From an uncultured Prevotellaceae bacterium (GTDB taxonomy: Bacteria; Bacteroidota; Bacteroidia; Bacteroidales; Bacteroidaceae), in the NCBI GenBank assembly GCA_902770195.1, contig CACXSA010000002.1, positions 5,867 to 69,866 of the forward strand: a stretch of 64,000 bases of DNA, read 5' to 3'. Position numbers and translations under genes: made by a program. This document shows, in pieces, positions 30,413-40,423 of the stretch. The number at the start of each line of letters is the position of its first letter. Within the stretch, counting starts at the first letter, position 1. The notes beneath the pieces are model-generated. The model was not told the origin of the DNA and ran no database searches. It saw nothing but the letters and a program-made list of their open reading frames with translations.

Positions 30413-33264
30413 TATTCAAATCTCAAAATGGCATTAAGACGTCCCTTTCCTTTGCTCCAGAAAGGCTGTGCGGACGGACCGTTGAGGTCGGTAGTGTTCA
30501 CCTTGTTGCGAACGGCAGGAATGGCTCTCAGGATGCTGATGCCCGTTTCGGGCAGGGTGTAAAGCAGGTGGTCGCGCCCGTCGCGTGGAGTATAGATACC
30601 TATCTTCCCGTCGAGGGTCTCAATGCCCACCTTGCCTTCTGTTGTCGTCAGTTGCATCCATGAGACGTTGGAGAAGTAGCCCTTGAACTCCGGATATTCA
30701 AACGACTCGCCAGGAATGGGGTCGTTATAGTTGTTCTGCCAATAACCCAGCTGTGGACCTTCCATGCGGTTCTTCCACACTCGATATGGTCCTTTGCCTA
30801 CCCATTGTTTGCTCTTCACTTGCTGCTCGGGATAGTCGAAACAGATACCCATCAGATCGACAACGCCATTGAAGTAGTAGTCGGCATTCATATACAGACC
30901 ACCATCGCCAAGGAAGCGATAGGTCACCTTCTGCAACGAACCGTGACGATACTCAGCCACCAGCGTGCTATCGCTGAAAGCAAAGCCTGCAAAGGCACCC
31001 TGGTCGGCATATTCTGTATAATCGGTCTTCTTCTGGAAGGCCTCCTTGTCGTCATGGTTATAGAAACCATCTTCCGAACGGTCGGCACGCTTCGCAGCAA
31101 CAAAGCGAGGGCCGTTGCCAAACGACAGCTTCTTGCCGTTGACCATTACTTGCATCAGCCGACCTGTCTTCTTGCAGAAGGTGTATTGACGAGTGCCGTT
31201 CTGAACCATCAGTTGGTTATCGTCCTCTGTATAAGAATATTTCTGGGTGTTCTCATTCAGATAGGGCTTGTTGAAGTGGCCATGTTTTGTCCAATGCTTG
31301 TGGCCCCATGTGAATATTTCCTTTCCATAGGGGTCTATGGCTTTCAACTCTATCACGTCGGCATCTGTTCTTTCTATCTTCAGTTGGGCTTTCTCACCTG
31401 GTGCAGCATCAGGCGAGGGGAGTTTCACTTCCTTGATAACCTTGACCTCCGTCTCTCCATAATCAGGCATCTGGAGTAGCCGATAGCTGAACTGGCAGTC
31501 TTTCAGGTTGATAAAGTTATAGCAGTTCTGAATGGTGAATGCACCGCTGTCAAAATACAAGACCTGCACAGGACTCCACACCTCGCGGATGGTATAGAAC
31601 GAACCTTCTTTCTCCATGTGTGGACCTACGATACCATCAGAGCCGAAGTTGCCCATGCAGTCCACGATATTGTTCATGTCTGTGCGAACAACCCCCTGGT
31701 CCATCAGGTCCCACAGGAAACCACCCGCACAACGGGGATTCGACATCATCAGCTTCCAGTAGTCTTTCAGTCCGGCTCCGTGACCTCCGTCATACAATCC
31801 GTGCAGGAACTCTGTTGGCATGAAGATTTCCTTCTGGCGCATATACTCTGCTGTCTCACCCCATGAGCGGTAGTGCTTGGTTTCGAAGCCGTTGCGGTTA
31901 GCCCACGGATAGAGCACCACGCGCTTCTGTGGGTCGTTCTTGGTGAAGTAAGGCTCCAGCTCGTAGTTGAAGCCGCCCTCGTTGCCATTGCTCCAGAAGA
32001 TGATGCTCGGGTGGTTAACGTCTCGTTGCACCATCTCCTCGACAATCTGCGAGCCGATGATGGTCTCGTGAGCCCAATGCCAGCCGGGCATCTCACATTC
32101 CACATAGAGACCCAACGAGTCGCAGGCATCCAGGAACTCTGGGTCGGCAGGATAGTGCGACAGGCGCACAGCGTTCATGTTCATGCTCTTAATCAGCAGC
32201 ACATCCTCGATGTTCTTCTGCTTTGACAGGGTGCGACCCGTCTCAGGACGGAACGAGTGGCGATTGGCACCCTTCACAATGACCTTCTGGCCGTTGATGA
32301 ACAGTCCGTCCTCCTTACAGCCATAGACATGTGCGCCAGCCTCATTTCTCATTCCGTAAGAATGGCGATATTCTATCGTGCGGAATCCGAACTTCTGTCG
32401 CTCCACATGGAGGGTCTTACCCTGTTGATCTTTTAATGTAAAGACGGCGGTATAGCGGTAGGGTTGTTCGGCATTCCACGCCTGGACGCCCTTCACGCTG
32501 AAATCGACCTTCGCCTGGTCGCTGCTGATGGGAAGAGCGGAACTTTTTCCTACTGTCTTCCCATTGGCATCAATGATATCTACGCTCACAGAACTGGCAG
32601 GGACGGCACGGTTCAGGAATACATCAGCCATGAAGTGACCATTGCCTTTGGCATCAATAGCCACACGCTGGATGTTCTGTGCAGGCTTGGAAATGATAAA
32701 CACAGGACGCCAGATGCCGCCGAAGTTCCAGTAGTCGGCACGGCGCTCAGCCAAGTTCACTTGTGGCACACTGCTCTCCTTCAGCACCTCCACCTCAAGA
32801 CGATTTTTCTTGTTGCCGAAGAAGACGCGGTCGGAGACATCAATGGTATGCCGGGTGAAGCCGCCTTGATAGGTGCCGTTGCCTGCCTTGCGACCATTGA
32901 TCTGCACACGAATCTCAGTAAAGGCTGCCTCAAAGACCAGCTGAATCTGTCGGCCAGCCCACTCCTTAGGCAGTGTGAACTCATGCTTGTAAAGGCCCTT
33001 CTCGTCGGCAATACCCTCTGGGGTGGCCTTGCCATAGAAGCGCATGCCATACTGATAGGTGCCAAATCCCTGTAGTTCCCAACAGGAGGGCACACCAATC
33101 TTCGTCCACTTGCCGCTATTGCGACCGTCTGTACATTGGAAGTCCCACTGCACCATATCGTCACAACCATGACCACTCAGATATTGTCGTTGGGTTTCCA
33201 CCTGCAACTGAGCTGCTGCTGTCAACGTGAAAACTAATGCTGCAAAAAGAAAAAATCGTCTCAT
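30412..33264 (-). CDS. Glycoside hydrolase family 2 (beta-galactosidase-like)
   Basis: KGANRH, NAVRLSHYP, NHPSIIFWSNGNE and GGFLWD motifs. Confidence 0.9.
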   Translation of the reverse strand: MRRFFLFAALVFTLTAAAQLQVETQRQYLSGHGCDDMVQWDFQCTDGRNSGKWTKIGVPSCWELQGFGTYQYGMRFYGKATPEGIADEKGLYKHEFTLPKEWAGRQIQLVFEAAFTEIRVQINGRKAGNGTYQGGFTRHTIDVSDRVFFGNKKNRLEVEVLKESSVPQVNLAERRADYWNFGGIWRPVFIISKPAQNIQRVAIDAKGNGHFMADVFLNRAVPASSVSVDIIDANGKTVGKSSALPISSDQAKVDFSVKGVQAWNAEQPYRYTAVFTLKDQQGKTLHVERQKFGFRTIEYRHSYGMRNEAGAHVYGCKEDGLFINGQKVIVKGANRHSFRPETGRTLSKQKNIEDVLLIKSMNMNAVRLSHYPADPEFLDACDSLGLYVECEMPGWHWAHETIIGSQIVEEMVQRDVNHPSIIFWSNGNEGGFNYELEPYFTKNDPQKRVVLYPWANRNGFETKHYRSWGETAEYMRQKEIFMPTEFLHGLYDGGHGAGLKDYWKLMMSNPRCAGGFLWDLMDQGVVRTDMNNIVDCMGNFGSDGIVGPHMEKEGSFYTIREVWSPVQVLYFDSGAFTIQNCYNFINLKDCQFSYRLLQMPDYGETEVKVIKEVKLPSPDAAPGEKAQLKIERTDADVIELKAIDPYGKEIFTWGHKHWTKHGHFNKPYLNENTQKYSYTEDDNQLMVQNGTRQYTFCKKTGRLMQVMVNGKKLSFGNGPRFVAAKRADRSEDGFYNHDDKEAFQKKTDYTEYADQGAFAGFAFSDSTLVAEYRHGSLQKVTYRFLGDGGLYMNADYYFNGVVDLMGICFDYPEQQVKSKQWVGKGPYRVWKNRMEGPQLGYWQNNYNDPIPGESFEYPEFKGYFSNVSWMQLTTTEGKVGIETLDGKIGIYTPRDGRDHLLYTLPETGISILRAIPAVRNKVNTTDLNGPSAQPFWSKGKGRLNAILRFE

Positions 33265-33577
33265 AAGGCTTTTATTTACTATTTGAGCGCAAAGATACAA
33301 AAAAAATTGCGGTTTACGCATATTTCTTCAAAAAACATATAAAATATGGCTCCATGTAACACTCTTTTTTTGAGCGGAAAACGATAGAGGGGTCGTAAAT
33401 TTCCTTTACAAGCCTAATAACCTCTTTTTTGTTCCCTAACTATAAAAAACTTTTTTCCTAGGCAGGGAAAAATTTTTCTTAGGGCTAAGAGGAAATTTTA
33501 GATGGCTAGGCTCTTTATCCAATAAGAGAAATTACTTTACATTATTAATCATACATTGAAACCCTGTTATTTCTACT

Positions 33578-33651
33578 ATTAATGAAAACAATTGCTAGCA
33601 TTAAAGGTAACAGTTGCAAACATTAATGATAGCAATTGTAAGTATTAATAC
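33578..33651. repeat. 22-bp tandem array (ATTAA..CAATTG..)
   Basis: Units start at 33578, 33600, 33622 and 33644. Confidence 0.7.
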
Positions 33652-33854
33652 CTCTTTTCTTGTGTTCTAATATCAAAAGAATAAGAGAAGTTGATGAAAT
33701 AAGACAAACGGAGAATAGACGGGATAAGAGGGATAAAGTTGGCGACGAAAGGTGTATAACAATGGTTTGCTCTCATGTGGTAAGTTATTTTTCCTGTCCT
33801 GAAATGGTTGGAAAAGAGAATATTTTTTTGTATATTTGCATGCAAATTAAGTCA

Positions 33855-35738
33855 ATGAGAGCTACATTTTTGAAAATCAAACTATTGATACTAATTACTA
33901 CCTGTATATTATTGCTGACGGCCTGTCATGAAGGTCGTCAGCAAATGATGCCTATGCAGCAGACGATGGACTCGATGAAGATGTGGTATAGTCGTATGCA
34001 GGGTGACTCGATGGAAGCAAAGAGTCGGCAGGCTGCTCTTTATCTGCAACAGCATGAGAATGACCATAGTGACCCCATGAGGCGATTGCGGGCAGAATGG
34101 TTAAAGGCGAAAGGTGTATGGTTCTCAGCTATCAAAGGTATGCCAGACTCTGCATTGTTCTATACCGAGCGTGCCATTGCGGAGATGAATGGACTAAGCG
34201 GTGTGGACGAGTTACGCATTCTGGCAATGGCTAATCGGGCAGACTTCTATCGACAATTGGGACAGTTAGACCATAGTGTTGATGGTTACATGTTGGCATT
34301 GGAGACGGCAGATTCGTCAGGATTGGCTGATGAAATGAAGATTCCGCTCATGCTGGGCATCAGTACTGCCTATACTTTTATGGCTGACTATCAGAACAGT
34401 GGATATTGGTGGCATAAGACGGGAGAGTTGGTAGAGCAGATGAACAAGGGTGACCAGTTTATCTATTATAATAATCTGGGTAACGACCATTATTTCCAAC
34501 AGCATTACAGTTTGGCCCGCGACTGTTTTATCAAGGCAGCAGAGCTGGTCAAGGGCGAAGAGAACAGGAAATGGGACTACTATACGGCACTGACTAATCT
34601 GGGCGAGATTTATGTATGTCTGGGACAGGCAGATCCTGCCCGCGTTATGATAGCAGAAGCCGACAGCTTTTTCCGCAAAGTCAATTTACTCCCTCCTTTA
34701 TATTATTTAGAGACGGAAAGGATTGAACTGACTCTGCTGGAAGGACATACCCAGCAGGCACTGCAGATGGTTAACCATTGTGAATTTTCCGATGTCTCGA
34801 TTCCTGCTGCTAAGTTGTTGCGACTGAAGGCTGTGGAGCAGGTGATGAGGCAGACGGGCAACTACCAGTGTGCCTATGAGGCACACCAGCAGCTGCATTC
34901 CTTGAACGACTCGATACAGAATGCCTATATCAGGATGCAGATGAGCACTCGCATGTTACAATATAATCACGACAAACGTCTGTTGGCGCAAGAGCATACG
35001 ATAGATTATGAACGCATGAAGGGACGGTTGGCATGGGCCTTGTTCGCAGTTTCCTCGCTGACTATCGGGCTGTTATGCATGTTCATCTTGGAGTGGCGAA
35101 GACGCCAGAAACTGCACAACATGGAAGTCAGACAACAGATAGTGGGAATGCGCATGGAGAATACCCGCAACCGTATCACGCCTCACTTTATCTACAATGC
35201 CTTGACTCATGAGATGCTGGCACAAATGGAAGGGCGCAAGGTGAATCTGGAGTCTTTGACTCAATTGTTACGTCGAGGCATCGAACAGGCCGATATGCTG
35301 GAAACCACATTGGCGGAGGAACTGTCGTTCGTTGATTACTATGTAGATATAGAACGCCAGCAAATGCCCTTGGCACTGTTTTACGAAAAGGAGATAGGAA
35401 AAAATGTGAATCTTCAGGCTGTTAAGTTGCCTGCTATGACCATTCAGATATATGTTGAGAATGCTATCAAGCACGGCTTGAAGCGTCAAGGTGGAATGCT
35501 GACTGTTCGCATCAGCAGAAAGGAAAATGCCACACTGGTTGAAGTGATAGACAATGGCCAGGGGCTTGACTCTACTTATCAGGAACATACTGGAATGCGC
35601 GTAGTCCGCCAGACTATCCTAATGCTGAATGAGCGCAACCAACAGCAAATCACTTTCGGAATAGGCAATATCCCTGATGGTTGCCGTTCTTGGTTACTGC
35701 TCCCCGATGATTATAACTACAATTTTACAAAGATATGA
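33855..35738 (+). CDS. LytS-type sensor histidine kinase with TPR-like periplasmic domain
   Basis: RITPHFIYNAL, TLAEELSF, YVENAIKHG and DNGQG motifs. Confidence 0.85.
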   Translation: MRATFLKIKLLILITTCILLLTACHEGRQQMMPMQQTMDSMKMWYSRMQGDSMEAKSRQAALYLQQHENDHSDPMRRLRAEWLKAKGVWFSAIKGMPDSALFYTERAIAEMNGLSGVDELRILAMANRADFYRQLGQLDHSVDGYMLALETADSSGLADEMKIPLMLGISTAYTFMADYQNSGYWWHKTGELVEQMNKGDQFIYYNNLGNDHYFQQHYSLARDCFIKAAELVKGEENRKWDYYTALTNLGEIYVCLGQADPARVMIAEADSFFRKVNLLPPLYYLETERIELTLLEGHTQQALQMVNHCEFSDVSIPAAKLLRLKAVEQVMRQTGNYQCAYEAHQQLHSLNDSIQNAYIRMQMSTRMLQYNHDKRLLAQEHTIDYERMKGRLAWALFAVSSLTIGLLCMFILEWRRRQKLHNMEVRQQIVGMRMENTRNRITPHFIYNALTHEMLAQMEGRKVNLESLTQLLRRGIEQADMLETTLAEELSFVDYYVDIERQQMPLALFYEKEIGKNVNLQAVKLPAMTIQIYVENAIKHGLKRQGGMLTVRISRKENATLVEVIDNGQGLDSTYQEHTGMRVVRQTILMLNERNQQQITFGIGNIPDGCRSWLLLPDDYNYNFTKI

Positions 35739-36490
35739 ACAAACAGAAACTGACGAAGGTTTTCATCATAGACGACAACTTCGAAGCCGTTAAATTGCTA
35801 CGCAACATGTTGGAGCAAGATTATTCTGTGGAAGTAGTAGGAACTGCAGGTGATGCAGAGACGGGGTTTGCCAAGATAGTCAATACGGAACCAGACCTGA
35901 TCTTCTTGGATGTAGAATTGCCTACTATGTCCGGACTGGAGTTCTGTACGATGATACGTAGTGAACTGAAGCCAGAGGCAAAAGTTATTTTCTACACAGG
36001 ATACGACAAGTATATGTTGGAGGCTATTCGCCGTGAGGCCTTCGATTATCTGCTGAAACCACTTTCGAAGCAGGAGTTGAGCCAGATAATGACCAGATAC
36101 TATGAAAACAAACTGAAAGGAATTCCACAAGTGGTTAACTCAGAGAATCATCTGCCTCTAATCTTAGTGGTAAATGCCCTGAACGAACATCTGACGCTCC
36201 GTTTGGCAGAGTGTGCCTTCTTCCGTTACAATCAGGAACGCAAGGTTTGGGAGGTGGTTTGCATGAATGGGGAGAATTATATGCTTCGCCATCGTACCAC
36301 GTCAGATATTATTCTGAATTACTCCACCGATTTTGTGCAGATTCACAAGCGTTATATCGTCAATATTAACAATATAAAGAAAATTCAGGATGCGACATGC
36401 ATCCTGAATGAACCTTTAGATGATAACCGTGAGCTGAAAATCAGCAAGAATTTTAAACAGGAATTACTATCGGCTTTCTATTCAATGTAA
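35735..36490 (+). CDS. LytTR-family response regulator
   Basis: IIDD, DLIFLDVELP, AFDYLLKP and FVQIHKRYIVN motifs; ATGA overlap with the kinase. Confidence 0.9.
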   Translation: MNKQKLTKVFIIDDNFEAVKLLRNMLEQDYSVEVVGTAGDAETGFAKIVNTEPDLIFLDVELPTMSGLEFCTMIRSELKPEAKVIFYTGYDKYMLEAIRREAFDYLLKPLSKQELSQIMTRYYENKLKGIPQVVNSENHLPLILVVNALNEHLTLRLAECAFFRYNQERKVWEVVCMNGENYMLRHRTTSDIILNYSTDFVQIHKRYIVNINNIKKIQDATCILNEPLDDNRELKISKNFKQELLSAFYSM

Positions 36491-37633
36491 TTACAGCAGG
36501 TTCTTGATAGCTTGTTCCAAATCTTTGATAGTCTGAGAGCGACCTACGAGATTATTGCCTCGGTCTATTAAGAAGAACTCAGGAACAGCCTGCACGTTGT
36601 AGATGCGTAACGTAGTAGAATTTATACCGGCATTCTCACGGACGTTAATCCAAGGTAATGCAGCGGTCTGCTGTTTCCAAAAATGCTCATCTGGATCCAG
36701 GCTTACCTGATAGATTTCCAAACCTGCATTGTGGTATTTGTTGTATAGCTCGCGAAGCATCAGAATGCGAGCTGGTGACTCGTTGGTAGAAAATACATGG
36801 AAATCTAGCAATACTACCTTGCCGACCAGTTCCGTCAAGTGACGCACCTTACCCTTGTTGTCGGCGAGTGCTATGTCTATCAGACCTGTAGTTTGCACTT
36901 TGCTGGCATCTATGCTTTGTGCCTGCTTCGCTTCATTAATGCGGATGTTCTTCATACCCTCTATGGCTATGTTGTGGAGGTTGGCTCCTCGTTCTGCATT
37001 GGGATAGTAAGTGTCCCAGCTAGTAGCAACAGCAGCAAACGCCTTGATATCGTCCTTGTCAGTACGTGGGTTGAAAAGGAGCATGTTGCCCAATGTCTGG
37101 AAAAGAGCGAAGTAGGCATACGACTTGCTAGGGTCAGGGAATATATATTGAGACTTTACGTCTTGCTTATATTGACGTATTAGTCCTAATATGCTATCAT
37201 TCGACTCGTCAACCGTAAGCCCCTCATCGCTACTGATGAGAATTGCCTTGCGCTGCAGTTCCATCTGCTTCTTTGCCAACTCCTTGATTTTCTGGCAGTT
37301 TTCTGAACCGCTTATCTCGTATTCAGTAGCCATCTTTGGATAGGAAGCCTTCACGTTGATAGTCTCTGTGGAGTCTATGGCAATGTTGATGATCTGGTCA
37401 GCGATACGCAGGCGATAGAACTCGGGTGCTTCAGTAGCTTCACCGCTGAACTTAAAACTTCCATCGGCTTCGAGTTTAGCAGAGTCAACGGCATTTATCT
37501 CGCTGATGCCCACATTCTCCAGATAGAGCACTGAGTCCTTCGCCTCTGTTATCTCTCCCTCCACATGGAATTTCTTATCGCTACATGAGGCCAAACCCAG
37601 CACGGTCAGCATGATGATTGCATATTTCTTCAT
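36491..37633 (-). CDS. DUF4369/TlpA-like thioredoxin-fold lipoprotein (no CxxC)
   Basis: Lipobox LASC; GKVVLLDF, EIYQVSLD and YNVQAVPEFFLIDR motifs. Confidence 0.8.
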   Translation of the reverse strand: MKKYAIIMLTVLGLASCSDKKFHVEGEITEAKDSVLYLENVGISEINAVDSAKLEADGSFKFSGEATEAPEFYRLRIADQIINIAIDSTETINVKASYPKMATEYEISGSENCQKIKELAKKQMELQRKAILISSDEGLTVDESNDSILGLIRQYKQDVKSQYIFPDPSKSYAYFALFQTLGNMLLFNPRTDKDDIKAFAAVATSWDTYYPNAERGANLHNIAIEGMKNIRINEAKQAQSIDASKVQTTGLIDIALADNKGKVRHLTELVGKVVLLDFHVFSTNESPARILMLRELYNKYHNAGLEIYQVSLDPDEHFWKQQTAALPWINVRENAGINSTTLRIYNVQAVPEFFLIDRGNNLVGRSQTIKDLEQAIKNLL

Positions 37634-37725
37634 TTTTGTTTTTCTCTTTTTAGATAGTGTGTTATTTATTTTTGCTTGCAAAGGTACGAAAAGCAAAGCG
37701 TAATGCCAAATTTTTCCTTGTTTAA

Positions 37726-38412
37726 TTACAAGCGTCCACTTTCATGGTAGCTGAAATAATAACCATCGGTTATGATGACGTGATCAAGGAAGTGGATGCG
37801 CATCACGTCGCAGGCACTCTTGAGGTTGTTGGTTAGCTGGTTGTCCTGCTGACTTGGTCGCAGACTGCCTGAAGGGTGGTTGTGGCAAACAGCTATAATG
37901 GTAGCGTTGGCTAACACCGCTTCGCGCATGATAATGCGGATATCGACAGCCACCTCTGTAATGCCTCCATGCGAAATGCGAACCTTCTTGATTAGGCGGT
38001 AGTTCTGATTCATCAGCAGAAGCCAGAATTCTTCCACGTCAAGGTCTTGCATCATGGGGTGCATGTGGTTATAAATGCGAGTAGCAGTTCCTAAATCAGG
38101 GCGTTCTTCCGGTGATTCCATCTGCCGGCGCTTCCCCAGTTCACAGGCGGCCAGAATAGTTATAGCCTTTGCTTCACCAACACCATTGTACTCGCACAAC
38201 TGGCGAAGGGTCATCTTGCCTAGTGTGTTTAGGTTATTGTTGCAATCGGCTAATATACGCTTCATCAGTGTAAGGGCATCCTCTTTCGTTGAACCGGAAC
38301 CAACGAGGATGGCTAGCAGTTCAGCATCGCTGAGCGCAGAAGCACCCAACCGCATGAGTTTCTCACGAGGTCGGTCTTCTTCTGCCCATTGATTGATGCT
38401 TAACTTATGCAT
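37726..38412 (-). CDS. radC: RadC/JAB domain protein
   Basis: DRPREKL, LSDAELLAIL, HNHPSG and LDHVII motifs. Confidence 0.95.
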   Translation of the reverse strand: MHKLSINQWAEEDRPREKLMRLGASALSDAELLAILVGSGSTKEDALTLMKRILADCNNNLNTLGKMTLRQLCEYNGVGEAKAITILAACELGKRRQMESPEERPDLGTATRIYNHMHPMMQDLDVEEFWLLLMNQNYRLIKKVRISHGGITEVAVDIRIIMREAVLANATIIAVCHNHPSGSLRPSQQDNQLTNNLKSACDVMRIHFLDHVIITDGYYFSYHESGRL

Positions 38413-38415
38413 GCT

Positions 38416-39384
38416 TTATCGCATCTTTCCGCTAACAAGCGATTCTAAAAAGCCTATGCCATAGCCTATGAGCTGCACAAAGACGGCAGCAATAGAAAGG
38501 ATACCCACTTTTAAGCTGCTGTTCTGTATAGTGGAATCGACAAGTATGAGCAGGGCATAGAGCATGATGAGAACTAACGACCACCCACAGGTGAATGGAG
38601 CAAGCACCAACAAACCTGCCACTCCTAAGGTAAACAAAGAGGGTAGGGCATGGACAGGCTTTAGCGCTTCTGGATACATGCGCCATAGATTGATACGTGC
38701 ATAGCCGCTATTATATACTTGACGCCAGAACTTGCGGAAGTCGGTACGACGCTTGTGCCATACCCATGCTTCTGGGAAAAGACGGCATGTGTAACCGGCC
38801 TTATAGATGCGGATGGAGAAGTCAATATCTTCGCCATAAAGCGACATCTTAGAGAAACGTGTCTTGGAGAATCCACCTAGTTGCAGATAAGCCTCGCGGC
38901 GAATGCCAAGGTTGAAGGATCGGGGATAGAATCTGTCAAGTTGCTTCTTACCTCCCCGGATGCCTCCAGTAGTGAAGAAAGAAGTCATGGCATAGGATAT
39001 GGCTTTCTGGATGTCCGAGAAAGACTCATGGGCTGCATCAGGACCTCCCCAGGCATCGGATGGTTGTCGTTGAAGTTCGCTGTCGATGGCTTGAATATAG
39101 CCTGTGGGTGTTACGGCATCGGAATCAAGAATGATGACATACTCACCTTTCGCACGCTCAACACCATAGTTGCGACTTTGTCCAGGTCCGGAATTCTCCT
39201 TGTAATAATAATGCAAATCAAGGATGTCTGCGTATTTGTCGCAAACATCCTTGCATGTGATTTTTGATCCGTCCTCTACAATTACTACCTCAAAGTCTTT
39301 TAGTGTTTGAGAGCAGAGGCTCTCAAGCAACTCGTCCACTTCGTCGGGGCGATTGTAAACAGGAACAATAATAGAATATCTCAT
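38416..39384 (-). CDS. Glycosyltransferase family 2
   Basis: SIIVPVYNR, VEDGS, LDSD and GEDIDFS motifs; C-terminal TM helices. Confidence 0.92.
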   Translation of the reverse strand: MRYSIIVPVYNRPDEVDELLESLCSQTLKDFEVVIVEDGSKITCKDVCDKYADILDLHYYYKENSGPGQSRNYGVERAKGEYVIILDSDAVTPTGYIQAIDSELQRQPSDAWGGPDAAHESFSDIQKAISYAMTSFFTTGGIRGGKKQLDRFYPRSFNLGIRREAYLQLGGFSKTRFSKMSLYGEDIDFSIRIYKAGYTCRLFPEAWVWHKRRTDFRKFWRQVYNSGYARINLWRMYPEALKPVHALPSLFTLGVAGLLVLAPFTCGWSLVLIMLYALLILVDSTIQNSSLKVGILSIAAVFVQLIGYGIGFLESLVSGKMR

Positions 39385-39950
39385 TATTCTTTTGCGCGAG
39401 CCAGATAAGAGCCGTCGCGAGTGTCAACCTGAATCAGGTCGCCCTCGTTGATGAACAGAGGTACGCGAACCTCAACACCTGTTTCCAGTGTAGCGGGCTT
39501 CAGGGTGTTTGTAGCGGTGTCACCCTTAATGCCTGGCTCGGAATGGGTAACGCGAAGAATAGTCTTTACGGGCATCTCAGCGTAAAGAATGGTGCCGTCT
39601 GTAGTGTCGCTGACAACGGATACTACATCACCTTCTTTCATATATTCGTGACCGATAACGAGGTCGTTGGCAATGGGAATCTGCTCGAAAGTCTCCTGAT
39701 TCATGAAAATGCGACCTTCCTGATCCTCGTACAGATACTGATAGTCGCGATGCTCAATGACAACATCCTCCAACTTTTCACCAATATTGTAACGGCGCTC
39801 CAATACACGACCGTCGGTAACGTTCTTCATTTTGATGTTCATGATGGTGTTACCCTTACCAGGCTTGCGATGCTGAAAATCAATGCAAACCCAAATGGCT
39901 CCGTCCATACGAATGGCGGTTCCTTTCTTAATGTCTTGTGAATTAATCAT
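39384..39950 (-). CDS. efp: Elongation factor P
   Basis: KPGKG, PGIKGDTA, KPATLETG and VPLFINEGD motifs; start at MINSQDIKKG. Confidence 0.97.
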   Translation of the reverse strand: MINSQDIKKGTAIRMDGAIWVCIDFQHRKPGKGNTIMNIKMKNVTDGRVLERRYNIGEKLEDVVIEHRDYQYLYEDQEGRIFMNQETFEQIPIANDLVIGHEYMKEGDVVSVVSDTTDGTILYAEMPVKTILRVTHSEPGIKGDTATNTLKPATLETGVEVRVPLFINEGDLIQVDTRDGSYLARAKE

Positions 39951-40007
39951 AAAAATAGTACTATTTAATAATGTATATTCGCTTTTTCGGCTGCAAAGGT
40001 ACAAAAA

Positions 40008-40039
40008 AAATGAGAAATGAGAAATGAGAAATGAGAAAT
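40008..40039. repeat. Heptamer tandem repeat (AAATGAG)x4 in the efp/rpmH divergent promoter region
   Basis: Directly visible in the sequence. Confidence 0.95.
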
Positions 40040-40150
40040 TTTGCAAAAAAACTTGCGTATTTCGAAATAATTATGTAATTTTGCAGCCCGAAACTCCAAT
40101 TTCTAAAGGGAGATATTGTCGAATAACAACAAATAAAATAAGATAGAACA

Positions 40151-40306
40151 ATGAAAAGAACATTTCAGCCACACAATCGCCGCCGCGTGAACAAGCATGG
40201 CTTCCGCGAGCGCATGGCAACTAAGAATGGTCGTCGCGTACTGGCTTCGCGTCGCGCAAAGGGTCGTAAGAAGTTAACTGTATCTGACGAGCATCACGGA
40301 AAGTAA
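40151..40306 (+). CDS. rpmH: 50S ribosomal protein L34
   Basis: Not in the ORF track; [51 protein letters not shown]. Confidence 0.98.
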   Translation: MKRTFQPHNRRRVNKHGFRERMATKNGRRVLASRRAKGRKKLTVSDEHHGK

Positions 40307-40332
40307 TCCTGACGACGAGTCTCAGTGATAAG

Positions 40333-40371
40333 AATTGGGTATGTTTTCATAGAAATATACCCAATTTTTTT
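40333..40371 (+). terminator. Intrinsic terminator after rpmH
   Basis: AATTGGGTAT...ATACCCAATT hairpin plus T-run. Confidence 0.75.
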
Positions 40372-40423
40372 GTTGTGTCGAGAATTCTTTGTAATTTTGC
40401 TCCACAATATACAATGTAAACCA

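Noticed and set aside
33660-33854. N-terminal extensions given by the ORF track for several genes (e.g. kinase, efp, desulfidase)
   Set aside because: They run through promoter or repeat sequence; downstream ATGs fit signal peptides and family starts better
37726-38412. radC as a marker of a mobile element or defence island
   Set aside because: It is full-length RadC in the housekeeping efp-GT2-radC context, with no mobile genes nearby
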